Source: Eledone cirrhosa
Lineage: Eukaryota
Direction: 5' to 3'
Assembly (NCBI GenBank): GCA_964016885.1
Contig: OZ024740.1
Location: forward strand, 72,912,001-72,976,000
DNA: 64,000 nucleotides
The notes under the pieces were generated by a model. It saw nothing but the letters and a program-made list of their open reading frames with translations. It had not been told where the DNA came from and made no database searches. Numbering within the stretch: position 1 is the first letter of the stretch; the number at the start of each line of letters is the position of its first letter. Below are positions 13,030 through 26,877 of the stretch, one piece after another. A program made the position numbers and the translations under genes.

Positions 13030-13325
13030 AGTGGTCCTCCGTCGGTTTCGACCATGGAAGTTCCAGTTTTTGATCAACGAGACACCTTGCTCGTCGTAAA
13101 TTTAAGGTGTAGTTTCAGTATGACAGAGTGTATGACAAAGCTGGCACACGTATATTACAATTAGAGGTACAGTCCATCAGACGGGCTTCCAAAAAGTTTC
13201 CCTCTACAAAATTTCACGCACAAGATATGCATGAACCTAAGACACGAACGGAAAAAAGCCACGAAGTAGGATCGAAACTTGACCCTAATCATAGAAAAGT
13301 AAACTACTACACTACTTGGCCATGC
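13030..13325 (-). mobile_element. SINE family B copy
   Basis: cctccgtcggtttcgac ... gacgggcttccaaaaagtttcc ... ggatcgaaactt shared with 44190-44600 and 50495-50880. Confidence 0.6.
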
Positions 13326-13373
13326 TGTATCATAGAGTAAATATATGAACACAAGGTATATATGTATGTATAT

Positions 13374-14366
13374 GTTCTCTTTTTCTCTTAATTTCGAGTA
13401 TATTTTTGACCGGCCACCTTCCTGGTGGCAAGGTTGTAAAAGAAAAGAAATTGTCATCCCTTGAATCGCAAGAATGTTTTGCAAATTTTGAAGGTGCCAG
13501 CTATCGCAGCCATTTGTAGACTATGAATTAGGGAGCTGCGCTCTTTGTCTGCAAATCCAGATTCAGTTATACATTGGTCCAAGCGGGTTGGTATATAACC
13601 CGTAGCTCCAATAATGATGGGTATGAAGCTAAAGGTGTATCTTGGATACTGGATTTGTAAACTCCTCATCAATGGTCCGTAGATGTCCTCCTTCTCCTGT
13701 ATTTTTCTGACAACGTTTACATCAAGTGGGCAGCTGATCTCCACAACAGAACACGTTTTCAATGTGTGGTACTAAACAACAATCTCAGGCAGGTTGTGCT
13801 TTAATTTGGTGGCAGTTTTATTTTCAGGTTTCACCAGTATTCCTTAGTGCCATCTGTCTCAATATATTCTTCCTCGTTTGTTGTTAATTTTGTTTTCCGA
13901 AGTGCGTTCCAGATGGTTCTAGCTATCCCATCGTGTCTCATGGGGAGGTAGTAGCGAGATGACATTCTTTCGCAGCTGGCAACAATGTGGCTTACATCCT
14001 CGATCTTTATTTTACATAGCCTACTTTTATTGTCAGCTGCTGGCCCTCCTCTGCAGTAGATATTTGGTAAGGAGTTCTTGTTCCTGTATTGCATAGAGAT
14101 ATCCCTCAAGGTGTGATGTCATAAACTTCTCGGAACTCCATGTCAGGCTTTTTGAGTGGTTTATCCCCTCTATGCTCTGTGTTTTACGTCTCAAGTATCC
14201 ATGCACAACATTTTCTGTAAATTGGTCAATTTTTTCATCTTGGTTGAACATTGAATAAGATCTTCCGATTTCTCTGGGTGAGAAATTTATATCAGGCTTT
14301 ATTCCATATCTCTCCCCCAGATCAGTGGCTATCCTAATGATATTTTTTTCTTCATGCTCATAAACC
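13374..14366 (-). mobile_element. 5'-truncated R4/Dong-like non-LTR retrotransposon (zinc knuckle and RLE), in (TATG)n
   Basis: Near-identical inverted copy of about 22434-23432; AIQEQE, RHD and EISCPLD motifs. Confidence 0.9.
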
Positions 14367-14513
14367 TGTATGTATGTAAGTAAGTATGTATGTATGTGTG
14401 TATGTAAGTATATATGTATTTATCTTGTGTATGTATATGCGTATGTATGTATGTATGTATGTATGTATGTATGTATGTATGTATGTATGTATGTATGTAT
14501 GTATGTATGTATG

Positions 14514-14945
14514 TCAACATCATTGGATACCATCAGGGTTGCAGGTGTTATATCAGAATTTTCCTTCTCCTAGAATTCTGCCTTGACAAAAGCTAAGGGG
14601 TCATCTCTCCCGGTGATTTTGGATGGCCATTGACTTATTCTTCATTTTGGTAAATATCATCTTGGTTAAGAGAGTGGGACTGGCTTTGTGCATTGCCTTT
14701 GCTCACTATAAAAGCTTCACGGTACAGGCATTGCTTTATATCTGGAGATCTCTCTGCACTTTTCGTCACATGGTACCATGGGCCCAGCACTATGTGTCAG
14801 TAATTGTCACAAGTGTAGTGTTTGTACCAGAGTTTTCAATACGCTGGCTGGACTAAAAAGTCACACTCGTTCAGCGCATCGGTAGGGGTTCTCCTACATG
14901 GATATAAAGTAATGGCCGTACTCGAAAACGAGTTGGCAGCCACCA
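14514..14945 (+). mobile_element. Internally deleted RTE derivative with inverted 5' segment
   Basis: Matches 47805-48236 but 14514-14634 is flipped; terminal C2H2-like remnant (CHKCSVC..LAGLKSHTRSAHR) and tail ggccgtactcgaaaacgagttggcagccacca. Confidence 0.7.
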
Positions 14946-15086
14946 TGTGTGTATGTAAGTATGTATGTATTTATCTTGTGTATGTATATGCTTATGTAAG
15001 TATGTATGTATGTAAGTATGTATTTATCTGTGTATGCATATGTGTATAGATGGATGGATGGACGGTTGGATACTTGTACATGTATT

Positions 15087-15155
15087 CATCATGCTCATAA
15101 ACCAGGGCAAGATGGTTGCCTCTTCCTCTCTTGAAGATGTTGCTTCAGTGTCATC
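15087..15155 (-). mobile_element. Short R4/Dong-like fragment
   Basis: Reverse complement matches 22381-22450 (cactgaagcaaca..ggcaaccatcttg.cctggtttatgag). Confidence 0.7.
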
Positions 15156-15336
15156 ATCCGTATGTGTGTGAATATATATATATGTATTTCTGTATATATG
15201 TATATATGAATGTATGTATGCATTTATGTATGTATCTATGTATGTATGTGTGTATGTATGCGTGGGTAACTTAATAATTTCACTAAGTATACGTGATAAC
15301 ACCCATATGTATGCATATATATATATGCATATATGC

Positions 15337-15526
<190 letters not shown>

Positions 15527-15790
15527 GTATATATACATGTATATATACATGTATATATATACAGACACACATGCTTATAGACATGCATACATACATGTAT
15601 ATAGAAATACATATATATATTCAGACACATACATATAAGAATAATGGGAAGTGGGCGTGTTTTGTTATTGATGAATTGTTATTGGTGAAATCGGAGTAAG
15701 TTGATGACGGAACACTATTTTCTTGGCGAGAACAAATCTAAAGAACAAAGAATTATAATAACAAAATTATGAACACACACACACACACAC

Positions 15791-15851
<61 letters not shown>

Positions 15852-15937
15852 GAATTCAATAAATGACTTCTAAATATTTTGCACTACAGATATATGAATT
15901 ATATGAATGTATATACATATATATACATATATATATT

Positions 15938-15994
<57 letters not shown>

Positions 15995-16041
15995 TATATA
16001 TACTATATATACTATATACTATATATAAAACTATATAAAAC

Positions 16042-16079
<38 letters not shown>

Positions 16080-16491
16080 TGAATGCATATATGGAAGTAT
16101 AAAGAATAACAAAACAAGCAGCTTTTCCTTAACTAGTTTATTTTCATCAGACGACATGTTTAATTAAATTTAACAGGCAAATCAAGACTTTCACTCGGCT
16201 TTTTCTGCTGCCTTGACAAGGAATTTAGGAGATGCTAGTTGATCGGTTTAAATTAGCTCTGCTCTATATAATGTCTAAATTAAACGAACGACGCTACGTC
16301 CACATCATTACCTTCTATATAACATTACACACACATACACACACATAAACTCACACACACACATATATATATGTATAGCTGCATCTGTATCTGTCGATTT
16401 TTCTATCCATTCTCTATCTATCTATATATGTATAAATATATATATATATATATATATGTATATGTGTGTGTGTATATATATATATATACAT

Positions 16492-16534
<43 letters not shown>

Positions 16535-16710
16535 CATAGGAAGACACACCCTCTCAACGACTGTGACTAATTGTCTCCACCCCTCGATGATGAAGTCGTT
16601 ACAAATGAAATTTAAGTATTTCTTTAAGTTTCACGAATGGGGCTGCTAGGTATATATATACATGTATACATATATACACATATACATATATATATATAAT
16701 CTGTCAATCC

Positions 16711-16774
<64 letters not shown>

Positions 16775-16989
16775 TCTTGATGAAAATATCTTTCTTAATG
16801 AAGAGTCGTTACGAGAAAATACCCATGATCTCCCTCCCACTTACACATAGAAATATATAAACACATATAGACATGTATGCACACTCACACGTACATGTCT
16901 CTGAGTAATATGATAAATTAATAAGATCGCAAGAACATATATGTCATTATCACTAGAACATCCTTTATTACTTTTGAAATGCTAACACG

Positions 16990-17050
<61 letters not shown>

Positions 17051-17140
17051 GCACACAAACACACACACACACGCACACACACACACACACAAACATGCAC
17101 ACACAAACACATATACAGATACATATATATGATATAAAAT

Positions 17141-17328
17141 AATTGTTTCTACTTTAGGCACAAGGCCAGCAATTACCCAGTGCATTACTGGTACTTTATT
17201 TTATCGACCCCGTAAGGATGAAAGGCAAAGTCAACCTCGGCGGGATTTGAACTTAGATCGTAAAGGGACGTAACTATGCTGGAAAGCATGGCGTCCGACC
17301 CTCTACTGATACTGCCAATCCACGGCCC
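17141..17328 (-). mobile_element. tRNA-derived SINE, family A
   Basis: A-box and B-box (gttcaaatccc) on - strand; central gcctttcatccttacggggtcgataaaataaagtaccag; copies at 18061, 26878 and 52916. Confidence 0.85.
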
Positions 17329-17531
17329 TTGGTGTGCATACATGTCTATTTTGATATATTATTTTATATATGATATAAAATAATATATCAAAATAACATC
17401 ATATAAGATGAATCAATGTGGGTTTATTTCGCAATGTGTGTCGAAACTAAAACTTTATGAAAATTTTATGAATTAACTATACACACCTATCCGTAGTCAA
17501 GGCGTTCGATTCGTAACCACTCTGCAGGAAC

Positions 17532-17620
<89 letters not shown>

Positions 17621-17637
17621 TATATACACACACACAG

Positions 17638-17670
<33 letters not shown>

Positions 17671-17680
17671 GTCCAGATTT

Positions 17681-17810
17681 AGCCGTCAAAATGGCTTGAG
17701 CTCAGCCGTCGGGGTCCCACTCGTTCCTATATATATACACACACGCACACACACATATATATATATATAGCCGTCGAAACGGCTTGAGCTCTGCCGTCGG
17801 GGTCATACTT

Positions 17811-17814
<4 letters not shown>
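17681..17814 (+). mobile_element. Two tiny (TA)n-embedded inserts of the half-hammerhead family
   Basis: agccgtc(g/a)aaa(c/t)ggcttgagctc(a/t)gccgtcggggtc at 17681-17727 and 17769-17814; same motif as 2407-2450. Confidence 0.75.
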
Positions 17815-17862
<48 letters not shown>

Positions 17863-18060
17863 GTAGTACAAACCTGGTTTGAGCATTCTGTTCGTAGGAC
17901 GAGTTATGTATAATCAGTTGCAACAGTGACATATGCAGGTACTTAAATTTCGTTGGGTTGCTACCCGAACTTATTCAGTATGGTGTGAAAAGTTCAATGC
18001 GTGCACGCGTGCGTTCACGCGTGCGTGCACACACACAAACACACACACACATACACATAT

Positions 18061-18245
18061 AATTGTTTCTACTTTTGGCACAAGGCCAGCAATCAGCCAG
18101 TACATTACTGGTACTTTATTTTATCGACCCCGTAAGGATGAAAGGCAAAGTTAACCTCGGCGGGATTTGAACTCAGAATGGCAAGGGCCGTAACTCTATG
18201 CGTCAAAGCATGGCGTCTGACCCTTTACCGATACTGCCAATCTAC
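18061..18245 (-). mobile_element. SINE family A copy
   Basis: Close match to 17141-17328 and 52916-53105. Confidence 0.85.
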
Positions 18246-18589
18246 CATGTTTGTCTCTGTGTCTATGTGAGTGTATGTACTTCTGGTTTTATTATTTTAT
18301 ACACTCTCACCAATAGAGCGAGTGTCGGTTTCTCACATCGAAACAAAACTCTTTCATTGAAATTCAGACATTAACAAGGCAATTACATGTTTGACTGTAT
18401 GTGTTAATGTGTGTTTGTTTGTGTGTGTGTGTGTGTGTGTGTGTTTGTGTGTGTGTTTGTTTGTGTGTGTGTGATTTTGCGTGCGTGCGTGTGTGTGTGT
18501 GTGCAGGTATGGACGTTATTATATGTGTGGATCTCAATATTTTGAGTTATGCGTGTACACGTCCATATGTTTCAGTATCTATATATTTG

Positions 18590-18862
18590 TTTACGTAATC
18601 ATTGCATACTGAATTTCTTAAATGTTTTACATATTCTTACAGTTCCATTAACGGACTCTACTTGGAACTTCCTAACTAGCTGTGCTCTTTCAGGTTCTGT
18701 GAAGTCCACTTTCTCGAGATTTGTACTGAGGCAGTTAGTAACGTATCCAAGAAACCCAATGATCACAGGTATAAATCTAAAGGTATAATCAGGATGGAGT
18801 ATCTGCAGATTCCTCATTAGTTCAGTAGAAATGTTCTCCTTTACACTAAACTTTAGCATTAT
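18590..18862 (-). mobile_element. 3' end (RLE domain) of a second, diverged R4/Dong-like subfamily, abutting (TATG)n
   Basis: ELMRNLQILHPDYTFRFIPVIIGFLGYV..GTVRICKTF aligns with ORF 23043-23351. Confidence 0.8.
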
Positions 18863-19094
18863 ATGTATGTATGTACGTATGTATGTACGTATGTATGTAC
18901 ATATGTATGTATGTATGTTTTATGTACGTATGTATGTTTGCATGTATCTATGTATGTTTTATATGTATACATGTATGTATGTGTGTATGCATGTATATAT
19001 GCATGTATTTATGGATGTATGTATGTTTGCATGTATGTATGTATGTTTTTTTTTGTTTTGTTCCTTGATTTTTTTTCTTGTTTTTTTTTCTCCT

Positions 19095-19375
19095 AGTTGT
19101 TGTCACAACACCTTTCAAGGAGAGGAAAACTCTGAAAAATGCCCCCCGGCTTCGAAAGCATCCGATGATGTTGACCAGTTCTCCTTTTCGGGTAGTGTTT
19201 TCGATGCTCAAAGAGAGGGATTGGTCGAGTGCAAGCCCTTTTTCCACTTAAAAAAACCTTCACAGCACAGGCATTGCTTGTTCAGGATTCGTGTGGCTGG
19301 CGGTAGCCTAAAAGTGCACCAAACTCTATAATCTGACAAGCGATTGTAATACTCTTAGCAGAGTTTGCAGCCATT
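19095..19375 (+). mobile_element. RTE-type 5' UTR fragment
   Basis: ggagaggaaaactctga..atccgatgatgttgac..aagagagggattgg..caggcattgctt is homologous to the 5' part of the 47805-48375 element. Confidence 0.55.
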
Positions 19376-20119
19376 GTGTATGTATGTATATTTGTCTGTG
19401 TCCCACAACTTAGCAGTTAGACTAAAAATATGATCGACCAAGTAAGAACTAGACTTGAAAAAACAAGTCCTGGTTTTGACGTGATCTATTCAATCCATTT
19501 AAGGTAGTGTTGCAGCATGGCCGCAGTCTATAATTAAAACCTAGAAAAGATTAACTAGCAGAAATATATGTAACCAGTACATTTGTTTCTGGCAAACACA
19601 TCTTTCCATATGCCACTATTGATTTTTAAGAAGCCTCAAATTCATTACAGGGTTCGTCTAAATCTCACAGCAAGAACTTTACTATATTTTAGCAAAAGAC
19701 TCCGACATTGCACGACAAGATTTAGATCGCAAACTGTGAAAATTGTTGGTCACTCTCCGATAAATTTATCGAAAAATCCATAGCGGTTGGTTAAAACAAC
19801 TGATGTCAAGGGTACTCAGGTTACTTCCCGATTTATAGTAATCGGGACGGAGATGGTGGCTATTCGGAAATACAAATCACGTGAGATACATTGGCTCTGT
19901 TTAGGCTTCCTCCCTACCATCCTCTGGTGTAACACAACATCTATTTCATGTTTTATAAAGTACATGAAACTAGGGTTATCAAGTAATGTTTGATCTTTAT
20001 ACAGTTTTGATATAGCCACACAATAATAGTCACGAGAATTAGAATCAATATAGTTTATTTTTAAATATTACGTACACTTCTGTCATAAGAAAAATTCCTG
20101 CTACAAAATCTAACATATC

Positions 20120-20471
20120 TACACACAATAAACCATAGAAACAGAACAAACTATAGGGACACACAACAAACAATAGGGACACGCAACAAAATATAGGGAC
20201 ACACTACAAACTATAGGAACACACAGCAAAATGTAGCAACACACAACAAACTATAGGAACACACAACAAACTATAGGAACACACAACAAACAATAGGGAC
20301 ACACAACAAACTATAGGGACACACAACAAACTATAGGGACACACAGCAAACTACAGCAACACACAACAAACTATACTGAAACACAAAAAACTATGGGAAC
20401 ACACAACAATCTATAGGGACACACAATAAGTAAAGGGAGACACAACAACATATAGAGGCACACAACAAACC
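20120..20471. repeat. 20-bp minisatellite, about 17 copies
   Basis: Consensus acacaacaaactatagggac. Confidence 0.9.
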
Positions 20472-20489
20472 ATGTTGAGCACTTTTTCC

Positions 20490-20553
<64 letters not shown>

Positions 20554-20722
20554 CAGGTTACAGTATCGTAAAAGAGGATAGAAAGAAGAGGTATAAAGAG
20601 GTGCGATACAGAATATTACATGCCAAAAGCGGATTCGTAAGTGCTCAATGCTTGGGTTACTAGGGTTAAATAGTAGAGAAAGTTAATATTTAGTGTAAAG
20701 GATAAGCTGAGCTGTAATAAGC

Positions 20723-20798
20723 AAGAATTAGTGAATGAAAGAGTTACAAGACGTTAAAACATATTAACGGCTTGTAACTCTTTCATTCAATAATTCTT
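20723..20798. repeat. Near-perfect ~35-bp hairpin at the end of a (TA)n-embedded insert
   Basis: aagaattagtgaatgaaagagttacaagacgttaa vs ttaacggcttgtaactctttcattcaataattctt. Confidence 0.85.
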
Positions 20799-20802
20799 TT
20801 GC

Positions 20803-20903
<101 letters not shown>

Positions 20904-21124
20904 TATATATATATATAAGAAGGTAGTACAGCATAATCGAAGCTCTGGTTGCGGGCATGCTTACGAATGCAGTCGGGAAGTGCAGCCAAAAGCACTCAAT
21001 AAGGAATTTTACCTTAAAGTTATAACATAACATTTAGACAGCTATGCAAATTGAAGCCAGCGACCGAAAAGCGAGCCGCTAGAACCAGAACAATGAAAAA
21101 ACCGACTCAGGGAAAAATTTGACT

Positions 21125-21211
<87 letters not shown>

Positions 21212-21254
21212 AGTATATGTATGTACGTGTATGTATATGAGTATGTATGGAAAT

Positions 21255-21296
<42 letters not shown>

Positions 21297-21555
21297 AATA
21301 TTATATATATATATATGTAAATGGTAAACAGAGATAACAAAAATTACGAAACAAACGGCACAGTATATGGAAGAAATATATTAGTATATGAGTTAGATAT
21401 AGATGAATAGAAAATAAAGAGTAATAAGAGGAAGGAACGGGGAAAATGAGAAAAAAGAATTGTTGACAAAAAACCACACGTGCTTATTCAGTCGGCCATA
21501 CATACATACATACGTACATACATACGTACGTACATACGTACGTACATACATACAT

Positions 21556-23432
21556 ATTATTAAGGCTTTACAGTTAGCTAAAGTCCCACAACCATTGGTA
21601 GCTGCTGTTGAACGCCTGACCAAGAACTGGTACACCAATTTGATCCTTAGAGGTGAGAAGGAGCAGGTTAAGACTGATAAGATACATTACCAGAAGGGCA
21701 TCTTTCAGGGTGATAGCTTGTCAGTGCTACTCTTCGTTCTCTCACTGAATCCACTATCTTACCTACTCAGGAAACAAGGTGGACAAAGAAGTGGGCCCAG
21801 AAGTATCTCTCATCTTTTCTTTGTTGATGACCTGAAGTTGTATGGGCCAAATATCAATGACATCAAGAAACAATTGGACCTCATTACACAATTTTCAACC
21901 GACATCAAAATGAAATTTGGTGAGTCCAAGTGTGCATATTTGGCAGTAAAACGTGGAAGAGCTGTGCCCTCCTCTAGAAATCTAGAGATGAACGGCCTGA
22001 CAAAACAACCTCTGCAGTCAGGTCACAACTACAGATATCTTGGACAGGAGGAGAATGTCAGATATGATGGACCCATAAATAAGGAGAGAACCAGAACTGA
22101 ATACCTCAGAAGAGTAAAGAAAATATGGTCATCAGAACTGTCAGCATACAACAAATACATTGCCCACAATACTTATGCTGTGCCAATTCTAACGCCAACA
22201 TTTGGCCTGCTGAACTGGTCATTGCAAGAACTAAGTGAGATGGATGTTAGAACTCGAAAACGTCTCAGTGTTACTGGGAACTTTAACATCAATCGTGATG
22301 TGGATAGGCTATACTTCTCACGCAAGGAAGGTGGCCGGGGTCTAAAATCAATATTAACAACATATGAGACCCGGATAGTAGCACTGAAGCAACACCTTCA
22401 ACAGAGGAAAAAGGTTGGCAACCATCTTGTCCTGGTTTATGAGTATGAAAAAAAAAAAATCATTAGAATAGCCACTGATCTGGGGGAGAGATATGGAATA
22501 AAGCCTGATATAAATCTCTCACCCAGAGAAATCGGAAGATCCTATTCAATGTTCAAACAAGATGAAAACATTGACCAATTTACAGAAAATGTTGTGCATG
22601 GATACTTGAGACGTAAAACACAGACCATAGAGGGGATAAACCACTCAAAAAGCCTGACATGGAGTTCCGAGAAGTTTATGACATCACACCTTGAGGGATA
22701 TCTCTATGCAATACAGGAACAAGAACTCCCTACTAAATATCTGCTGCACAAAAGAGGAGGGTCAGCAGCTGACAATAAAAGTAGGCTATGTAAAACAAAG
22801 ATCGAGGATGTAAGCCACATTGTTGCCAGCTGCGAAAGAATGTCATCTCGCTACTACCTCCCCACGAGACACGATGGGATAGCTAGAACCATCTGGAACG
22901 CACTTCGGAAAACAAAATTAACAACAAACGAGGAAGAATATATTGAGACAGATGGCACTAAGGAATACTGGTGGAACCTGAAAATAAAACTGCCACCAAA
23001 TTAAAGCACAACCTGCCTGAGATTGTTGTTTAGTACCACACATTGAAAACGTGTTCTGTTGTGGAGATCAGCTGCCCACTTGATGTAAACGTTGTCAGAA
23101 AAATACAGGAGAAGGAGGACATCTACGGACCATTGATGAGGAGTTTACAAATCCAGTATCCAAGATACACCTTTAGCTTCATACCCATCATTATTGGAGC
23201 TACGGGTTATATACCAACCCGCTTGGACCAAAGTATGACTGAACTTGGATTTACGGACAAAGAGCGCAGCTCCCTAATTCATAGTCTACAAATGGCTGCG
23301 ATAGCTGGCACCTTCAAAATTTACGAAACATTCTTGCGATTCAAGGGATGACAATTTCTTTTCTTTTACAACCTTGCCACCAGGAAGGTGACCGGTCAAA
23401 ACAATATACTCGAAATTAAGAGAAAGAGATAA
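21556..23432 (+). mobile_element. 5'-truncated R4/Dong-like non-LTR retrotransposon (RT, CCHC remnant, restriction-like endonuclease), inserted in (TACA)n
   Basis: RT motifs GIFQGDSLS, SHLFFVDDLKLY, YRYLG; SRLC..H...C; RHD; RLE region HNLPEIVV*..EISCPLD after a 1-nt deletion near 22986. Confidence 0.92.
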
Positions 23433-23759
23433 CATACATACATACATACATACATACATACATACATACATACATACATACATCATACATACATACATAC
23501 ATACATACATACATACATACATACATACATACATACATCATACATACATACATACATACATCATACATACATACATACATACATACATACATACGTGTTC
23601 TTGTCTTTAATATCAGCAACACAACTAGTGAGGAAAAGTTGAAAAGCAAACATCGTAATGTCATGATTTTTTCCAATATACAAATATGTCATCCTGAATC
23701 ACAGTCACAATTTCCTAGTAAAGATGTTAACCCCCCCCCCCCTCACTCACACACTGCCT

Positions 23760-24060
23760 TTATTTCTCTTTCTCTCTCTCTCTCCTTCTTTCTTTCTTTC
23801 TTTCTAGCTTTCTCTCACACTCACTCTCTATCTCACTCTCTCCCACTCTCTCTTTCTCCCCCTCTCTCTCTTCACTCACTATCTCTTACTCTCTACCCCA
23901 CGCTCTCTCACTATCCCTCTCTCTGTCTCTCTTTCTCTCTATCTCACTCTCTCACTGACTTTCATTCACGGTCTCCAGCTTTCTCTTCCCCTTCTTTCTC
24001 ACATACACTTTCTCACTCTACCTTCCCTCCTTCTCTCTCACTCACTCTCCCTCCTTCTCT
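23760..24060. repeat. Degenerate (CT)n polypyrimidine tract
   Basis: Base composition. Confidence 0.85.
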
Positions 24061-24415
24061 TAATATATTATGGATTCTCTTTCAACAACTTGCAAATTTA
24101 GTTGGTAGTTTCAAATTATATCTTTGAATGAGAGAGGGCTGTATATACACAATCAATCGATTAAAACAGTGTAAATATTCAAATTTCAAAAGAAATGTTG
24201 CTACCGTCATCGGAATCATCAATAACAAATAAGAAGCCATGAAGTTTTACAGTATCATCAATATTATCGATTAAAAAACAAAACAAAACAAAAACATAAA
24301 ATATTACAATATAAATCTCCATTTTGTTATTTTATCTGTTATCACATATAATTTTGTAGCTAAGTAAAGTTCGTCTGTTCCACAGTCTAAATATTATTGA
24401 ATATCTTTCCAGACG

Positions 24416-24484
<69 letters not shown>

Positions 24485-24564
24485 AATATGCATATATATA
24501 TACATACACACACACACATTTTTATATATATATATATATGTATATATATATGTATATATATATG

Positions 24565-24604
<40 letters not shown>

Positions 24605-24629
24605 AATATATATATATACAAATATATAT

Positions 24630-24744
<115 letters not shown>

Positions 24745-25676
24745 CATGTTATAAATATATATATATACTAGCTGAGGTACCCAGTTTCGCCAAGGTTAAC
24801 AAATGATAAGAGAAGACCGACAGAAGAGAAAATGTCTGTATTGAATGTATTGTCTTGTTTACAGTGTGTGTGTATTGTGTGTGTGTATGTTTATGTGTGT
24901 ATGTTTATGTTTATGTGTGAGTGTTCGTGTGTGTGTGTATATATATATGTGTGTGTGTGTATATATATGTGTGTGTGTGAGTATTCGTGTGTGCGTGTAT
25001 GTAAACCACCGTTGGAATAGGAGACATAGGCCGCGAAACACGATCATCACTGACAACGAACTCGCAGAGAAAATCCCTTATGGTTGATTCCCAACCTGCT
25101 AGAAATAGCAGTCAGGTTAGTTAGCATACGTGGTATGTCTTTCTTCTTCTTTGGTGTTATAATATTAGTATCAATAAACTTTCCTGGATATACTCTTATC
25201 CCCAATCCTGTACATACTTTCCGATTGTCACGTTTCGTTTTTTTCGTGTGATACGCGAAGGAACCAACCAACAAACATCTCTCTTTTATATCGCTTTTAT
25301 TTGTTCATTCAAAATATTTTTGAGCTAATTCTGTCGTCCAATATACATCAGCAATCGTTATCTAATGTTTAAAACATATGAATAGCTGCGATATATGCAC
25401 CATATCAATAAAAAAACGATATGAGAATTGAATACCATATTAAAGCGCCAGTAAGCTTGCTAAGAATCTGCAGATAGAAATGTTAATAAATACAACATTT
25501 GGCTTGGGTAAAATTTAAGATGTTCTTTCATTGTAGGTTTCTTTTCTCAGCCAGTACGTTAAAGACAATTAATAGTTACAACAATAACGGTTGAACAGAG
25601 AACAAATTTTTTAACAAACTTTACAATAATTTGTACAACCATAATGGAAATTCCAAGTAACAGAAAATACATAAAT

Positions 25677-25868
25677 TACATTGTTAGAGCCTCAGAGTAT
25701 ACAATATTTTTTGTTCGGCCCTCGGGAGCAAAGATGAAGAGATTGTTTGGCGAGCTCACTCTAGAGCATCCTACATACAATTGACCATGGTTTTCCCAGA
25801 TGAAGGCCAGCCACTTTTAGCGTTTGACCCTGAGCTTTGTTGATAGTAATCGGGAAGCTTAGTCTCTC
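25677..25868 (-). pseudogene. Helitron PIF1-like helicase C-terminal fragment
   Basis: RLSFPITINKAQGQTLKVAGLHL..HGQLYVGCSRVSSPNNLFIFAPEGRTKNIVYSEAL (frameshifted). Confidence 0.85.
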
Positions 25869-25879
25869 TGTTGCTCTAG

Positions 25880-26119
25880 TAACATTTTTTCTTCTGGAAA
25901 ATCTGATCTTGCGGCCAGTCTAGGACTTTTTGGGTGGCATATCGGCAGTAACAATGACGATAAGCCGTCTGTGCTTTCGTGAAATAAATACGTTTGTTAT
26001 AACATTTTTTCTTCTGGAAAATCTGATCTTGCGGCCAGGCTAGTACTTTTTGGGTGGCACATTGGCAGTAACAATGACGATAAGACATCTGTGCTTTCGT
26101 GAAATAAATACGTTTGTTT
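25880..26119. repeat. 120-bp tandem duplication
   Basis: taacattttttcttctggaaaatctgatcttgcggccag...gaaataaatacgtttgtt occurs twice. Confidence 0.9.
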
Positions 26120-26544
26120 ATATTTTGTTTTTGTGTATGCAAAAATATCTGTACACGAATATATAATTATATATATATATAGATTAAAACAACAGATTAA
26201 AGTTTAAGCAAAGAATCGCTGCTTTCACCCTTAACGGGGTCTTCTGAAACTAAAAAAATCAATCTGTGAAGGCAGAAGTAAATATTTCGAAAAACGTTGC
26301 AACCGAAAGAAAACAGGAAGATGATACTTTGGTTCGTGAAGACGTTATGAATGTCGTATAACCGGAAGTGTTGACATTTGAAAATTTTAAAGAAGTGAAC
26401 ATTATAACAAAATTCAGTAGACAAAAATACCCTCACTTTCTTACTTGGAAAAAGTTACATGTATGGTGCAAATTTGGTGCCGTTTGGTCCAGCCGTTTGG
26501 CGGAAAGTTTGTTACTTACATACGGCCGGCCGTTAGCTTTATAG

Positions 26545-26591
<47 letters not shown>

Positions 26592-26877
26592 GAAAGGGCA
26601 GAGAGAAAGTGGGAGAGAATGGCACAGAGTCAAAGAGAGAGAAAGAGAAAGAGAATGTGGGAGAGAGAGGCAGAATGGGACTGAGTGAGGCAGAGGGAGG
26701 AGAGGGGGGGGGGGAGAAAGTTACAGCTGCAGGTCTGTGGATTAGGATGAGAGGGAACAGCAGTAAATTAGTAAAGGCTGACCTTTAAATTTATCTACAC
26801 TCTCTTCTATCCTGGTCATACATTCCTCTCTACGTGGTCGAATACGTCGTTGTCTAGTTATTTAATACCAGTTATAT

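Larger units (their letters stand above)
24768..26572 (-). mobile_element. Non-autonomous Helitron region (possibly two nested elements)
   Basis: On - strand: 3' hairpin ccttggcgaaactggg then CTAG-T at 24768-24771; PIF1 stub at 25677-25868; 5' TCTATATA..ACTATAAAG near 26572. Confidence 0.6.

Noticed and set aside
21460-23004. 514-aa ORF as a functional host gene
   Set aside because: Its N-terminus is translated microsatellite; the rest is a truncated, frameshifted retrotransposon ORF
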